The translations under genes were made by a program, and so were the position numbers. Under the pieces are notes generated by a model. The model made no database searches. It was not told where the DNA came from and saw nothing but the letters and a program-made list of their open reading frames with translations. Source: Bilabrum cf. latius (Eukaryota). Taken from it: 64,000 bases of DNA. The stretch covers positions 1,426,001 through 1,490,000 of the forward strand of contig OZ237739.1 of NCBI GenBank assembly GCA_965178125.1, read 5' to 3'. Positions 39,601 to 51,600 of this stretch are shown one piece after another; within the stretch, counting starts at the first letter, position 1; every line of letters begins with the position of its first letter.

Positions 39601-42149
39601 GTGAGGCCGAGAGTATGCTGCACGATGAGCCGGCCATGTACGACCACGTGGTGGCTGTGGCGCTTCCAGTGGAATCAAGTGCTAGATCTAGTGGGCAGTA
39701 GAGTTGTGTGGACGCGGCTGTTCGGAGCGCCCGTGAGGCAGTGGGCCGGGCATGTGGAGTGTCATGGGCAAAGGGTTTGCCTGTATCTAGCACAAGTCAC
39801 TCAAATGCAGATACCTCGACGGCTCCTAGTGTGGAAGGGCTGGTATGGCCGGCTGAGCTGGACCGAGTAACAGCGGACAGCGCTGCCCCCGAGAGCAGGA
39901 TAGCCTGGCTGCGGGATGTTGCAGCCTCAATCGCTGCCGCTGCGACTGCGCGGCGCATCAAACTGGAAGCATCCATGTATCCACGCGCGAATCAAGCACA
40001 GCCGGAGGACGGCTTGGATCCTTCGCATCCCGCCGGTAAATCACTCACGCCCGGTCGACGAGGAACAGCAGACGACTGCAGTATGCGTTGGTCCTCCACG
40101 ACCTCTAGACCTGCGTCTGAGTCTAGTGCAATCTCTGCGGAAGATTCTGCCATGTACATTCCGCAGACACCCGGAAGCGCGCCCAGACCCCGCCAAATCA
40201 CTCGATCCACAAACAACTCTGGCTCCGGCTCCGACGTGTAGCTGGCCAGTGCCAGCGTCGACGGGCGCCCTCTGTCCCTGCTGCCCAGCCGGTCCAGCAC
40301 GAAGGCATCCGCAGACTCATCGCTGTCAATGCATGCATCGCCCAGTCTAGCGAGCAGCGAGGAGCCACTGCAATCGAGCTTGGAGACTCACAGGTCCGTA
40401 TCTGGCTCTAGACGGGGGGGTGCAAGCAGGCACATCACCCATGACTTTTGGCGGTCTATATCAGGACAAGCGGTGGAGCTGCTTGCTCTTGGGTCCGACT
40501 CGTCGCGAGATTCGAGCATTCACGATGGCAGCTCGCACGATTCGGGCTCTCCCCGCAGCGAGCACGAGCACGTGGTCGGCTGGGCCAGGTCAGTTGGCTC
40601 GAACCGATATCGCGGCGAGCAGCGAGGTGCAATCGGGACCTCAAAAGGGCCCAGAGCTGAGCTTGCTGGTCTAAGAGATGTGTCTGCTGCCGCCACTGTC
40701 GCCGCGGATTTGCATCGCGAGAAGCAGCCCTTCGTGGCAGGCATCGCTGGCACCCCTCTCTTCATGGCCCCCGAACTCTTCAAGCACCAGGGTTAGAGAG
40801 CCAGCGACTACTGGTCGTTGGGCGTGACGCTCTTCTGGCTGCTCGCTGGCAGGATGCCGTTCGAGGGCATCGGTGCCTCGACCCAGCTGTCTGCAGCCAA
40901 GGCGGGCCGAGTCAGCTGGCACCTGCTGCCGAATGACCTGAGCCATGAGTGCTTGGACCTGTTGCGGGGCCTGCTGGAGGTGCGCGTGGAGAAGCGGTAC
41001 AATGCCTCCGTGCTGGCAGCACATCCATGGCTGTTACCGGCCAGCGAGTCAGCACGCGTCGCATTGGGCAGGGTTGGACTAGCAGGGCAGCTGTCTCGCG
41101 CGGGACAGGACCCGGTCATGGAGCGCTGGTCTGTTGACAACCCATTCATGGACCCTGCTGGGGAGCATGAGCTCTTGGCCCAGCAGAGGCAACATGCAGG
41201 CCATGGACCTGTACATGGCAACCTGGCGGTCAAACCGACTTGCCTGCAGGGCACGGACCTTGAGCCCGGTAATGATCCAGGCGAGTCGGTGGTGGGGCAA
41301 GTTCACCGCACGCGACCGTATCCATCAGCAAGCAGTGATGAGGGATCCACTGCCGCTAGTGCAGCCACAAAGTAGGGCCCTCAGAAGTCCGTGCTGGCCA
41401 CACCATCTGCATGCATCATGCCATGTGACCCCACCCACTCACTGCTGGGCACTGCCTACACTCTGGCTCGATCAAGGCGGCAGCAACGACGGGCGCCTGA
41501 CAGGCTTACCACAGGCCGCAAAGCCGGCAAGGCCATCAAGCGCATGCAGAGGGAACAAGCCATCGAGATGCAGGCCAAGCACGCAAAAGCTGTGCTCACG
41601 CTGTATCTGCGCAGGCATCGTGTGCAGATTGGATTGGGCTTGCGCTGGATGCTTGGTGCGTCCGAGCTGATGGTGCATCCTGCCGTCCGCCGTGAGGGTG
41701 CGATGTAGGACCTCAGCAGCATCGGCATGGAGGCTGGGGCCATAACGACCGAGCTAGTGCGGTGCGAGACAGATGTGGACCTGCAAGTGCACGACGAGGA
41801 CTCCCGTAGACTGTGCGCGGAGCTGCGAGAAGCAGGCCCCGCAGGTGATAGTGGTACAGCTGGCGGTGGGGCTGCAGAGGCAGTCACACGCACCACGTCG
41901 GGCAGGACGCCGAGCTCTTCGTCTCCTCAGCTGACACCCTCGCTGCCTGGTTAGGCCGAGCCTGCGCCGAATGGGCAGGCATTCGCTGCTCCATTCTATC
42001 GCCCGCGCCGCGGGGCCGCGTCTGCGTTTGGACTGGCAGTTGCCTCGTTGCCGAGTGTGCTGGAGGGGATGCAAGAGGAAGACAGCTTGCAGTCTTCGGA
42101 GGGTCCGGACGGATCCGTGCGCAGAGATCTGGCTGATTTGGACAATTAA
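33612..42149 (+). CDS. Giant multi-TM / degenerate class III cyclase-like x2 / split AGC-type Ser-Thr kinase (paralogue B, 2845 aa, intact under TAG=Gln)
   Basis: Track ORFs 33384, 35322, 36546, 37080, 37521, 38493, 39444, 39708, 40329, 40818, 41391 and 41727 are all in one frame. By hand count there are about 26 internal TAG and no internal TAA or TGA. All kinase motifs are present. Ends TAA 42147-42149. Confidence 0.85.
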
Positions 42150-42220
42150 TTTCGAAACTCTGCACAGATCTAGTCGAGCACACCAAGTTTACAAGTTTTT
42201 AACCTTGTCACCAGCCAGAG

Positions 42221-44167
42221 TCAAACGAATGCACCGTCTGGCTCAGGCCCTGTATTAGCCTTCGTGCCCTCGCTCGCTCGAACCAGCGGGTTTATTGACA
42301 CTTTTCCACTGCCTGGGCCTCGCCCTGGTGCCCCATCGCTTGATATATGGCCCCTGCCCCTCGAGCCCCCTTTGATGGCAGCCTGCACGATCCTCTCCTG
42401 CCTGGATGGATCACCCGCCCCTCTCCCTCCCGTCGGGCCCTTCCGCTCCATTGCCTCCCTCCTCTCCTCGGCCCGCCTGGCCGCAAGCTCCATCTCCTTC
42501 TGCCTCATCTTGGTCTCTTCCTCGCTACGGCTCACTTCCAGTCCATTCTTCCAGGCAGACGCCGACGAGTACAGCGGATGCGCGGATGGCATCTCCAGGG
42601 TACCGTCCCTCCCCCTCGCAGGCCGCCTCGTGGCGATCACCTTGAAGTAGTACCCCGCGAAGCACCCCGCCATCAGCACCCCCACGACGCTCAGAGACAC
42701 GATCACGGCCACGAGAGCCCCGTTGCTGTTACTCCCGTTGTCAGGCTCGTCCCCGCCACCACCTCCACCACCACCACCACCACCTGGGTTGCCGCCCGGG
42801 CCATCGTCATCCCCGCCACCCCCGGGCCCTCCCTAGCCCCCATCGTCGTCGTCCGCCCCGCCGGCCCCCGGATCAATGCAAGTTGCCGCTGCTCTCGCCG
42901 CGCTGGGACAGAGGCCCGGCAGCTGTCCCGCGCACAGACCAGGGGAGCATCCCGCGCACGTCTCAACCAGCACGTACCCGGCAGTCCTTGCATCCTGCCC
43001 CAGCCCGCACACGCACTTGCACGAGGTCCGACCGGCGGGCACGGTGGGTGCAGGAGTGGGTGTGGGGGTGCTGGAGGTGCCTGGGGTGCTTGTGGGTGTG
43101 CTGGTGGGGGCGGGAGTAGTGGTGGCAGACGGTGTGGAGGAAGGCGTGGAGCTGGGGCTTGGGCTGGGGCTGGGTGGTGCTGTGGCGCTGGCGGTGAAAT
43201 TGAGCGCGGTGTCCGCAGCACAGAGACCCGCATTGCCGGCTCCATCGTCACAGTGCAGCACGAGGCAACAGTCCACGTCTTCCCCCAGCCCGGGGGTATC
43301 CTGAGGGGAGCACCACCCCACGGGGCCCGTGCCTCCTCCTGGTGGCGACGGCTGGAAGGGGATGCTCCGTGTGACGACTGCCTGGGAGAGCGGGGGTGCG
43401 AGCAGCGCTGCTCTGGGCAGAGATCCACCGCCCACGAGAGGCAAGGGCTGGCTGGCGTTGAGGTCGATCGGGAGCTGCAGCCTACCGTCCCTTGCCGCCT
43501 GGCAGCCGATGCTGCCCTGCATGAGATACACGCTCAGCGGGGCGCTGTCCCTCGACACCTGCACGCTGACTTCCTCGATCCGCTGGGCGCGAAGGGTGCC
43601 CCCCGTGAGGCTAGAGCCGTTGCAGCGGTGTACCACTGAGTTCCCCTGCTGCATCGCGTCTGAAAGGAACTCAAACGAGCACTCCTCGATGGCAGGCAGC
43701 TGGTCCGGCGGCTGCATGTCGATCGTGAACGACTGCACTACGACACCCGCGCACCCCTGAGAGTCGTCGCAGCGCACCTAAAAGCAACCTGGATAATTCG
43801 TGTTGATTCGAGATACGGTGCTGCCTGTCAGCTCCAGCACGGTCTCAGTGCCCTCGAGACTGCCGCCAGACAACCCAGGTATGGTCCCAGACTCATCACG
43901 GCCATTATCGCACGCCGAACCCTAGTCAACGGCAGTTGCTAGCCTTCTGTTATTAGGATTGAATACTCTGTACGTGAACCGAATGACTACATCGCTCTAA
44001 TAGGGGCTTGTGTCCGGGTCCGTATCGCAAGTCCACAGCACCCTGTCATCTCTTGCTTCCAGTAGGCTACTCAGACGCGCATTACGCACACGGCATCCAT
44101 CTGGCAAATAAACAGCAGCCTACAACTAAATCGACAGCACAACGGCTACGAAATATGCCTGCCTCAT
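42221..44167 (-). CDS. Type I cell-surface protein: signal peptide, Cys-containing ectodomain, Ser/Thr/Pro mucin-like stalk, Gly/Asp linker, single TM, cytoplasmic tail; six TAG
   Basis: Starts MRQAYFVAVVLSI. One frame is open to TGA 42221 apart from TAG at 44126, 44120, 43997, 43922, 43778 and 42833. Stalk PSPSPSPSSTPSSTP; TM ALVAVIVSLSVVGVLMAGCFAGYYF. Confidence 0.75.
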
Positions 44168-44439
44168 CGGAAACGATTGATGAACCCAATTTAGGTTTCG
44201 AAGTTGATCTGCAGCCTCGGTAGCAGTTTTTGCGGCTGCTTGGACGCAATAAATGGTCTATATTCACAACTATGTTCCGGGTCACAGGATTTTCAATGAA
44301 AATGCTTCTAACTGGCCGATTCTGTTTCGCAAGGTCGCGCCAGACCGGAAGAGAGAGCTGTTGGTCGCACCACCGTGAGGCAAAAATTCAGCAGCTGCAC
44401 CGCTCCCCCCAGATTCATCTGATTGGCCATATCTTGTTC

Positions 44440-45552
44440 ATGTCATCTCTTCGCCAGGCATGTAGACGCATTCAGCCGGTCTCAAAGATGATGGCGACTA
44501 GAATCGCTGCACACACTAGCATGGTTTCAGTGCCTCCGTTGAACATGTATCCGATGTATTTGATAACAACAAGAGACGAATTGTGGACTGCATCTCTCTC
44601 TAGAGCCACTGATGTCTTCCCAGAGAGTCCATACTGGGCATTCTGTTGGCCTGGCTCGTATGGAGTGGCGAGGCACTTGCTCGAAACGCGAAGTTTGGAG
44701 CTCGCAGGAAGAACGGTGCTGGATTTTGGCAGCGGGTGTGGCATTGGAGCCATTATGGCATGTAGGTTAGGGGCGTTACGTGCCACGATGAATGACATTG
44801 ACGCTGTTGCTGTTGAAGCTGGCTTTGCCAATGCGCGACTAGCAGCAATGATGGACATATTGAATGCGAATGGTTCGATCTAGTCAGACTCACGTACAAA
44901 CTCTCAACTTGAGGGTGGATACCGATTTCTAAGCGAGCAAGGTGTCGTTGCTAGTGCGACTGTCCACGACGAGGCCGAGCTCCACAATTTGTGGCAGTCC
45001 GTCCGGTCTGCCGGCCTAACACTCGAGGCACGAGCCGTGGGTTTGCCAGAGGTGCCAGCGACTGCAACGACCGGAATCGAGCCTACTGCCAGCCCATAGC
45101 CGGTCTCCGACTTCGAAGCCAGGGCCAGCGCGGCGGTGAGCTGGGCCAGCCGCCTGCGGGGCAGCACGGAGGACTGGATCGGGAGGCCTCTGCGGCCGAC
45201 GACTCGGACTGGAGCTAGCGGGCGCCCCACACAGGCACATCCAAAAGAAGATGAAAAAGAAGAAGAAGAAAGCAAGGATCAAGCACCTGCATCGAACGCA
45301 GTGGACGTGGTGCTCGCCGGGGACGTCCTGTACGATGCCTGGCTTCTCAAGCACGCGGTGCCATGGCTGGAGGAGGCCGCGGGGAGGGGCGTCACCGTGC
45401 TGGTGGGTGACCCGGGGAGGCACGGGATGGAGCAGAGGGCGCTGGACCGGGGGTGGAGGAAACTGGCGAGCTATGACCTCCCGGCGGACCTGTCCGACGT
45501 GACGAACGGGCTGCGGACCTCCCACGTGTGGCAGGTCGAGGGCGGGCGCTGA
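44440..45552 (+). CDS. SAM-dependent protein lysine methyltransferase, METTL20/ETFBKMT-like; TAG at 44881 and 45097
   Basis: PYWAFCWPGSYGVARHL, motif I VLDFGSGCGIGAI and NDID. Motif II DVVLAGDVLYD...VLVGDPGR is reached only by reading through both TAGs. Ends TGA. Confidence 0.82.
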
Positions 45553-45660
45553 GAGGGCGAGGGCAGGCAGAATGTGGGCCTGCCTGTGGCTGTTGTTCGT
45601 GTTTAAGTTGCTGAAAGGATATCAATATAAATAAGGCCGTGCCATGCTCAATTCGATTAT

Positions 45661-48600
45661 TCACACTGCCTAGGTGTCCTGCTGCCCCACGGCCGCAGCA
45701 GCGCCCCGGGCTGTGCCTGCCTGGCCTGCTGCCACAGTCGCCTGTGCCTGTGCCTCATCATCCTACTCTTCAGCACCTTTACTTGCTCCAGTACCGTCCT
45801 TTCCCTGCCCCTTGCCATCGCTACCTTCTTCCTCTCCCTCTTCCGCCTCAAGCTCGTCCGTGCCCCAGCCCGCTTCCACCACGGGCGCACTCGGCAACTC
45901 GCCACCGCACACCTGAGCCAGCATCGTGCTGGACCGCATCCACAGTGGCTCCAGAGCCACGGGAGGGATCATCCTACCACCCCTGTGCGCACAGGAGGAG
46001 AAGAGGGCGGCGGCCCGCCGGCCCGTCCTCAGCAGGTCTCCGAACATGTCGCTCCGAAGCCAGGCGCGGGCAGGAGGGGAGTCGTCCGCCAGTCGGGCCA
46101 GGCACTCTGCAGTGCGATGCAGCACCCGAATGGCCCTCGCCTCTGCGGGGCCCAGCTGCAGAGGACCGCCGGGTCCTTGGGAGGAGGACGAGGACGAGCC
46201 TGCTGCAGCTGGGGTGCTGGCACCCGGCATCCATGCAGGCGGCTGATGCGGTCCTTGGAAGGCCCCCTCCATCTTGGCACCGTCCACACGTAGTCGAGAG
46301 GCGGGCCTGCCCTGCCCACGGGCAAGAGAAGGTCCCCGCTGCCTCTGCTCCTGCTGCTGCTACTCCTCCTAGTCGTCCTGAAAAAGTGCACGTGGCTCGG
46401 GCAGGGAGGCCAACTCGTCATCGTCACTTCCATCGCCACGATCCTTGCCCTCGGCTGCCCCGCCCTCATTGTCTGCCTCAGCTTCATCATCATCCTCTTC
46501 TTCCTCTTCTTTTCCTTCGCCCGCCTGGTCATAGCCATCAAGGACATCACCATGCAGTGCATCTGGAGGGGCCCAAGCCTCTTCCTCCTCCAGCAGCCGC
46601 AGCCGCTTCCTGGCCCACAGACCCAGGGATACTCCCAGCGCAGAGGCCCGTGCCAGCAGGTTGAACAGTGCACGAGCCAGCACTGGACCAGGCATGCGAC
46701 CCACCTGACGAGGCACGCTGTCCTGAGGTGACAACGCACGGGAGCTGACGGCGTGCTCGGCCAGCCGCAGCAGTGCAGACAGCACCCTGGCCTGACCGTC
46801 ACGCAGTTCCTGCACCGCCGCCCACGTGACCCGGTCATGCCCGCGCAACCCCACTCGAGCAGCAATCGCACCATGTGCGCTCATGCTATTACCTGGCCCC
46901 TCCCTGCTGCTGGTGCCAACCAGCCCACCCACCCCGGCATGCGGCATCGCAGATCCACCCCCCACTTCAGTGCTGTCTCTCTCCCGCCGCCGCCCCAGCC
47001 TCGACTTGGTACCAGCAACGGCTCCACCACCCCCGGCCGGAGCAACAGCGACAAGAGACTTGCCGCCGCCGGCGCGTGCGTGCACATCCTCACCATCCCC
47101 GACCGCCCCGCGCCCAGACGAGCCTCGAGCCGTGCTTCCAACTGGGAGCGCCTTGCCGCCGCACAGCGAGGAGACAAAGATCGATTTGGAGCGGAAGACA
47201 TGCCCCCCTCGCGAGCTATGACTGGCGATTTGCCTGTCTCCGTCCTTGCTCCGTCCAGCTCTCGCACTTGCACCCGGAGAAACATCCCCCGTGTGACGGG
47301 TGCCGAGCGTCTGCCCCGCCTCTGCCACCGCGCTAGCCAGCAGATCCACGGCGGGGCCGTTGCGCCCCCCCGCGCCCCGCTCGCTTCCGCCCATCGCTAG
47401 GGCCAGAGCAGAACGCCCCTGTCCCTTGGACTTCCCGGAGCTTGCCGCCCTGGCCTTGCGCCTCTGGTTGTGCACCGCCCGCAGCATCGACTGCACGCTC
47501 CGAGGGTCTGCCCCCTCCTCCAGCAGCCGCAGAGCCTGCTCCATGTCGGCCACCTGGTGCGAGTGCGAGGGCCGCCCGGGGGCCGCGTGGTGCAGCCCTC
47601 CCGCTCCGAGTCGTTCCTCATCCCCATCCCCTTCGCTGTGGCTGTCGCTGTCCGTGTACAGGCTGGCGGTGGACTCGGAATCAGAACTGTCGGATAGACT
47701 CGACTCGCTGCCGGAAGAAGAGCTGCTGCCACCGCTGGCCCCCTCGCTCGTGGTGGCTGCGACCCTGCGGCCCCCGTGGTGTTTGCGCCCCGACCATTCC
47801 ACGCTCTTGGAACCGCTGCCGCTCCCAGTCAGCCAGCCCAGGCGCATCCCGTGCCTGCGTCTCGGCCGGTGTGACGACGATGGCCCGGTCCTCGAGCGAC
47901 CGTCATCGGCGCCGCCGCCCTCTCCGCTCGCACTGGTCCCGCCCTCCCGCTCGATCACTTGGGCCACCGCCCCTTGCAGCCGGTGCAGGCCGCTGTTGCC
48001 CCGATCCTACGACGGAACTGCTGGGGTCTCGGCTAAACCTGCAGTATTTCTAGACGCAGATCGACTGCTGGCTCTCACACTCGACCTGCCCGCGCCTGTC
48101 CTCCTCCCCCTACTCTCCCTCGCCCCTGGCTGCCCCCCCCTCCTCTTCCACCGCATGACTTCCTCGGGGTCTTCCCTAGACCAGTCAATGCCGCCGTGCG
48201 CACTCAGCCCATGCAGCCCGGCTCCCCCCGCTGCGTCGTTGGCAGTGGTGCGCTCGCCTCGCAGGTATCGGTGCAGGTGGTGCGTCTGGTGCACTCGATG
48301 CGGCTATCCCACGCCTCTGGGGGGTCGGCCTGCTCCCGGCTGCTCCTGGCTCTCTTTGCGCCCATCATCCGGTCCCAACAGCCTGTCGTACTCCGACTCC
48401 GAGTCGGAAGAGCAGCTGCTTGCCAGCCCGGCATCTGCGATCAGGTGACCTGCCCCGCGGCCCACAGCGAAAGCCGCCGCGATGGCAGAGACCGTAGAGG
48501 CCTCGATGGCGCGGTGCCGCGTGGGCCCGTTGGCGCGGTAGTTCTCCTCCATGGAGGCAAGGGGGAGGCCGCGGTGTGACGAGTGCGTTGGCTCGCCGCC

Positions 48601-51600
48601 GTCGCTCTCCAACCCGCTGGGTGCTCCTTCCGGGTCCTCGTTCTCGTCCTCGTCCCCGTCTGTGTCCCAGCTCCTGACGGAACTCCTCGCAGAACCTTCG
48701 CTGCTCTTGCGGTCCTTGCCAGCTCCTCGCTGTCCCGTGGAGGATGATGAGGAGGGCAGGAACCCGCTGCGGTTCACCGCGTCTCCCCTATCGCGGGAGG
48801 GACCGCCCTCGTCATTGCTTGGCAGGGTCGCATAGCTGCGGCGAAGCCTCCTTTCGTCCACGGCCTCATCACCTTCCTCTTCGTTCCCATCGTCGCCGTC
48901 GCCTACAAGCATACCAATCTGTCCCCTGTGGTGCCCACTGCTGCCATCAGCGTCGCTGCCACTGCCATCGCTGCTGCTGCCATCACTGCTGCTGCCCTCC
49001 TCACCATCCCTGCGGTCCAGACCCGCCTGCCGCAGCAGCAGCCGACAGACCCTCTGCTCTGCAGCAGCCTCGGCAACCCTCACCGCGTCCTCTTCCTCCT
49101 CGTCACACGGCAGGCTAAGCACGCCGAACAGCCGGACCTTGCCCCCCTGGTCCAGCACGGGACGCACCAAAGGCTGCCGGTTCCCCGCGCCCACGAGCAC
49201 CGAGGAGGACTCGGAGCCGTTAAATTCCCGCGAGCTGCTGCTCTCCGACCCGAGCCTGGACCGAGACTCGGTGTACTCCCCGCTCCCGCCGCTCTCCTTC
49301 TCCCCCACGCCCTTGCCGCCTGCCCCGGTATCCCCCTTGCCGCCTGCCCCGGCATTCTCCCACCTGCCTTGCTGACCCGCGAGCCCAACGCCCTCTCTTT
49401 CATTCTCACCTGACGACGACGAGGAATCGTCGCTGTGCTGCTCTCCCAGCCTCTGGGCCTCCCGTCGCGCCGCAGCCCTGGCTGCCTGCCGCAGCGACTG
49501 CCTGGCTGTCAGCCCCATCACGTGCTTGGATCCAGCGATGTCAGCGTCCGCATGGCCACCCTCCCCATCGGGGCCCAGCCCCAGGGCCTCAGCCACAGCA
49601 CGCTCCGACTCAGTCAGCTGGCTGAAGTCCACCTTGCTCGGCCGCCCGTGAGCACCCATACCGGCCCGCGACGCCCCGCCCTCCGCCATGGTGCCAGCAG
49701 TGGCCCCCATGTCCCCCAGCCGACCCCCGCCCGCCACGAAGGTGATGGATCTTCCCGTCCCGCTCCTCGTCCAATCATGCACCTAGTCATCATCGGCACC
49801 ACCAGTAGCCTGCTTGATGCGTCCGTCCGCGCCACCGTCCTTGCCCCCTCCAGGCATGAACGCACGGTCATGAATGCGCCGCCCGCGCCCCTCCGCAGGG
49901 CCCCCGTCTCCGGCCCCATCCACCAGCTCGCCACGGGCTCTCGCAAGCTCCAATCGCGCATCCCAGCCAGTCCTGTAGCTCCCCGCGCCTCCATCACTTC
50001 CGCGCCCCGCAAGCCCCAGCCCCGAGTGCACGCCTGCCAGCACAGTGCGCCCAGACGAGGGCACTCTCTCCCAGGCCAGCACATCAGTGCCGGTGGTAGA
50101 TGCCGGTGCACGGCGGGGAAGGCCGGGTGACCCACCTCTGAGGCCGCCTGCCTGTTCCTCACGGCGCCCCCGACGAAACCTGACCATGGCATCGTCATCA
50201 TTGGCATCTCCACCCACCTCGCCAAAGCTAATGCCCCGAGCCCTTGCTCTCGCTCGCTTCCTCTCGGCCTCCTCCTCCGCCGCCTGAACTGCACCAACCA
50301 CGTGTTGCAGCCGGTGCGCTAGCCCGGCCTCCGTGGCCTCCTCGTCTTCCTCCTCCCTCTCATCGCGGGCTCTTGCGTAGCCAGTCACCGGGCCAGACAG
50401 GCCGGCTCTGCTTCCTGTGTGCGTGGGCGAGGCCACGTGCCCCCGCCAGCTCTTCACCCTGTCCCTGTCGAATTCAGGGGCCCTGCCTTTCTGCGTACCC
50501 GGACTGGCAAGCGGCGTGCCATCGCCCCCGCCGGTGCCACTTGCACCATCATCTGAAGCCAGCTCACCCCAGGCCGCCCCCTGCCCCCGCTGCCTCCTCC
50601 TTTCGCCTCCCGTCCCGCTTGAAGCAGGGCCCCACGGGGTGGCGGCGCCGGGCCCAGGCACGGACAGGGCGGGGGTGGTGGCGTCTGCAGGCAGCCTGGG
50701 GTGGGCAGGGGTGGGTGGCAGTCCCAAGGAGTCCCTGCGACCGGTGCTGGATCTTCGTACCAGGGCGCCTCCATCCACTTCAGTTTTCCCCCGCCCGTTC
50801 TCCACTCTCTCTTGCCCTGCACCTGTATCGCCGTGGTAGCGCGTAATCGTGCCGGACCCAGAGCTGCCGCCCCTCCCGTGCTGCAGTGCAATCCCCCCTT
50901 CCCGCCTAGACAGCGGAGTCATGGCCGAGCCCACGTCAGTGCGCGAGTCATGCACAGCGCCCCCCGGCCCCCCACCCTCGATTGCCAGGGCGCGAGCTCG
51001 CTGCCTCTTCCTGCGTGCATACTCCTGGCCCCACTCCCACCAGCTCTTCTCCTACTGCGGGCTCCACAGGCCCAGCTTCCGGTCCTTGGTTGCCAGCACC
51101 GCTGCACCTTGCGTCGCCAGAGCCCAGGCAGGTGGCGCGGCCAGGCTGTCACCGCCCACACCCGCAGAGGACGCCCTGGCGGCAGCGAGCGCCTCGAAGC
51201 GGGCCTCGGCCTTGGCCCGCGATACGAGCACCCTGGCATGCGGCCGCAGGGCGACCGGCAGGTCCTCCACCACCCGAGGACCACGGTGCTGTTTGCGGTA
51301 CTCGCGCCGCTGCCTGCGACTCGCGTCCAACGCCTCGCGCACCATCGACATGAAGCCCGCTCCAGCAGCCCTGGCCCGGGCCCCCGAATGGTTCCCAGCC
51401 ACAATGCCACCCTGTGTCCCGGCAACGAGGGCGTTGCCATGTCCATCTGCCATTGACATGCTGCCGTTGGTGCGGACGTCCCTGGTTATAAATGCGCCTG
51501 TGTCTTCCCGTTCAAGCAGCATGTCCGTTCCATCCGGCTCGATGGCGGCGTTCTTCCATGCCCTCCTTTGCTGCCTCCTGAAGCTCTTCGTGGCGGCAAA

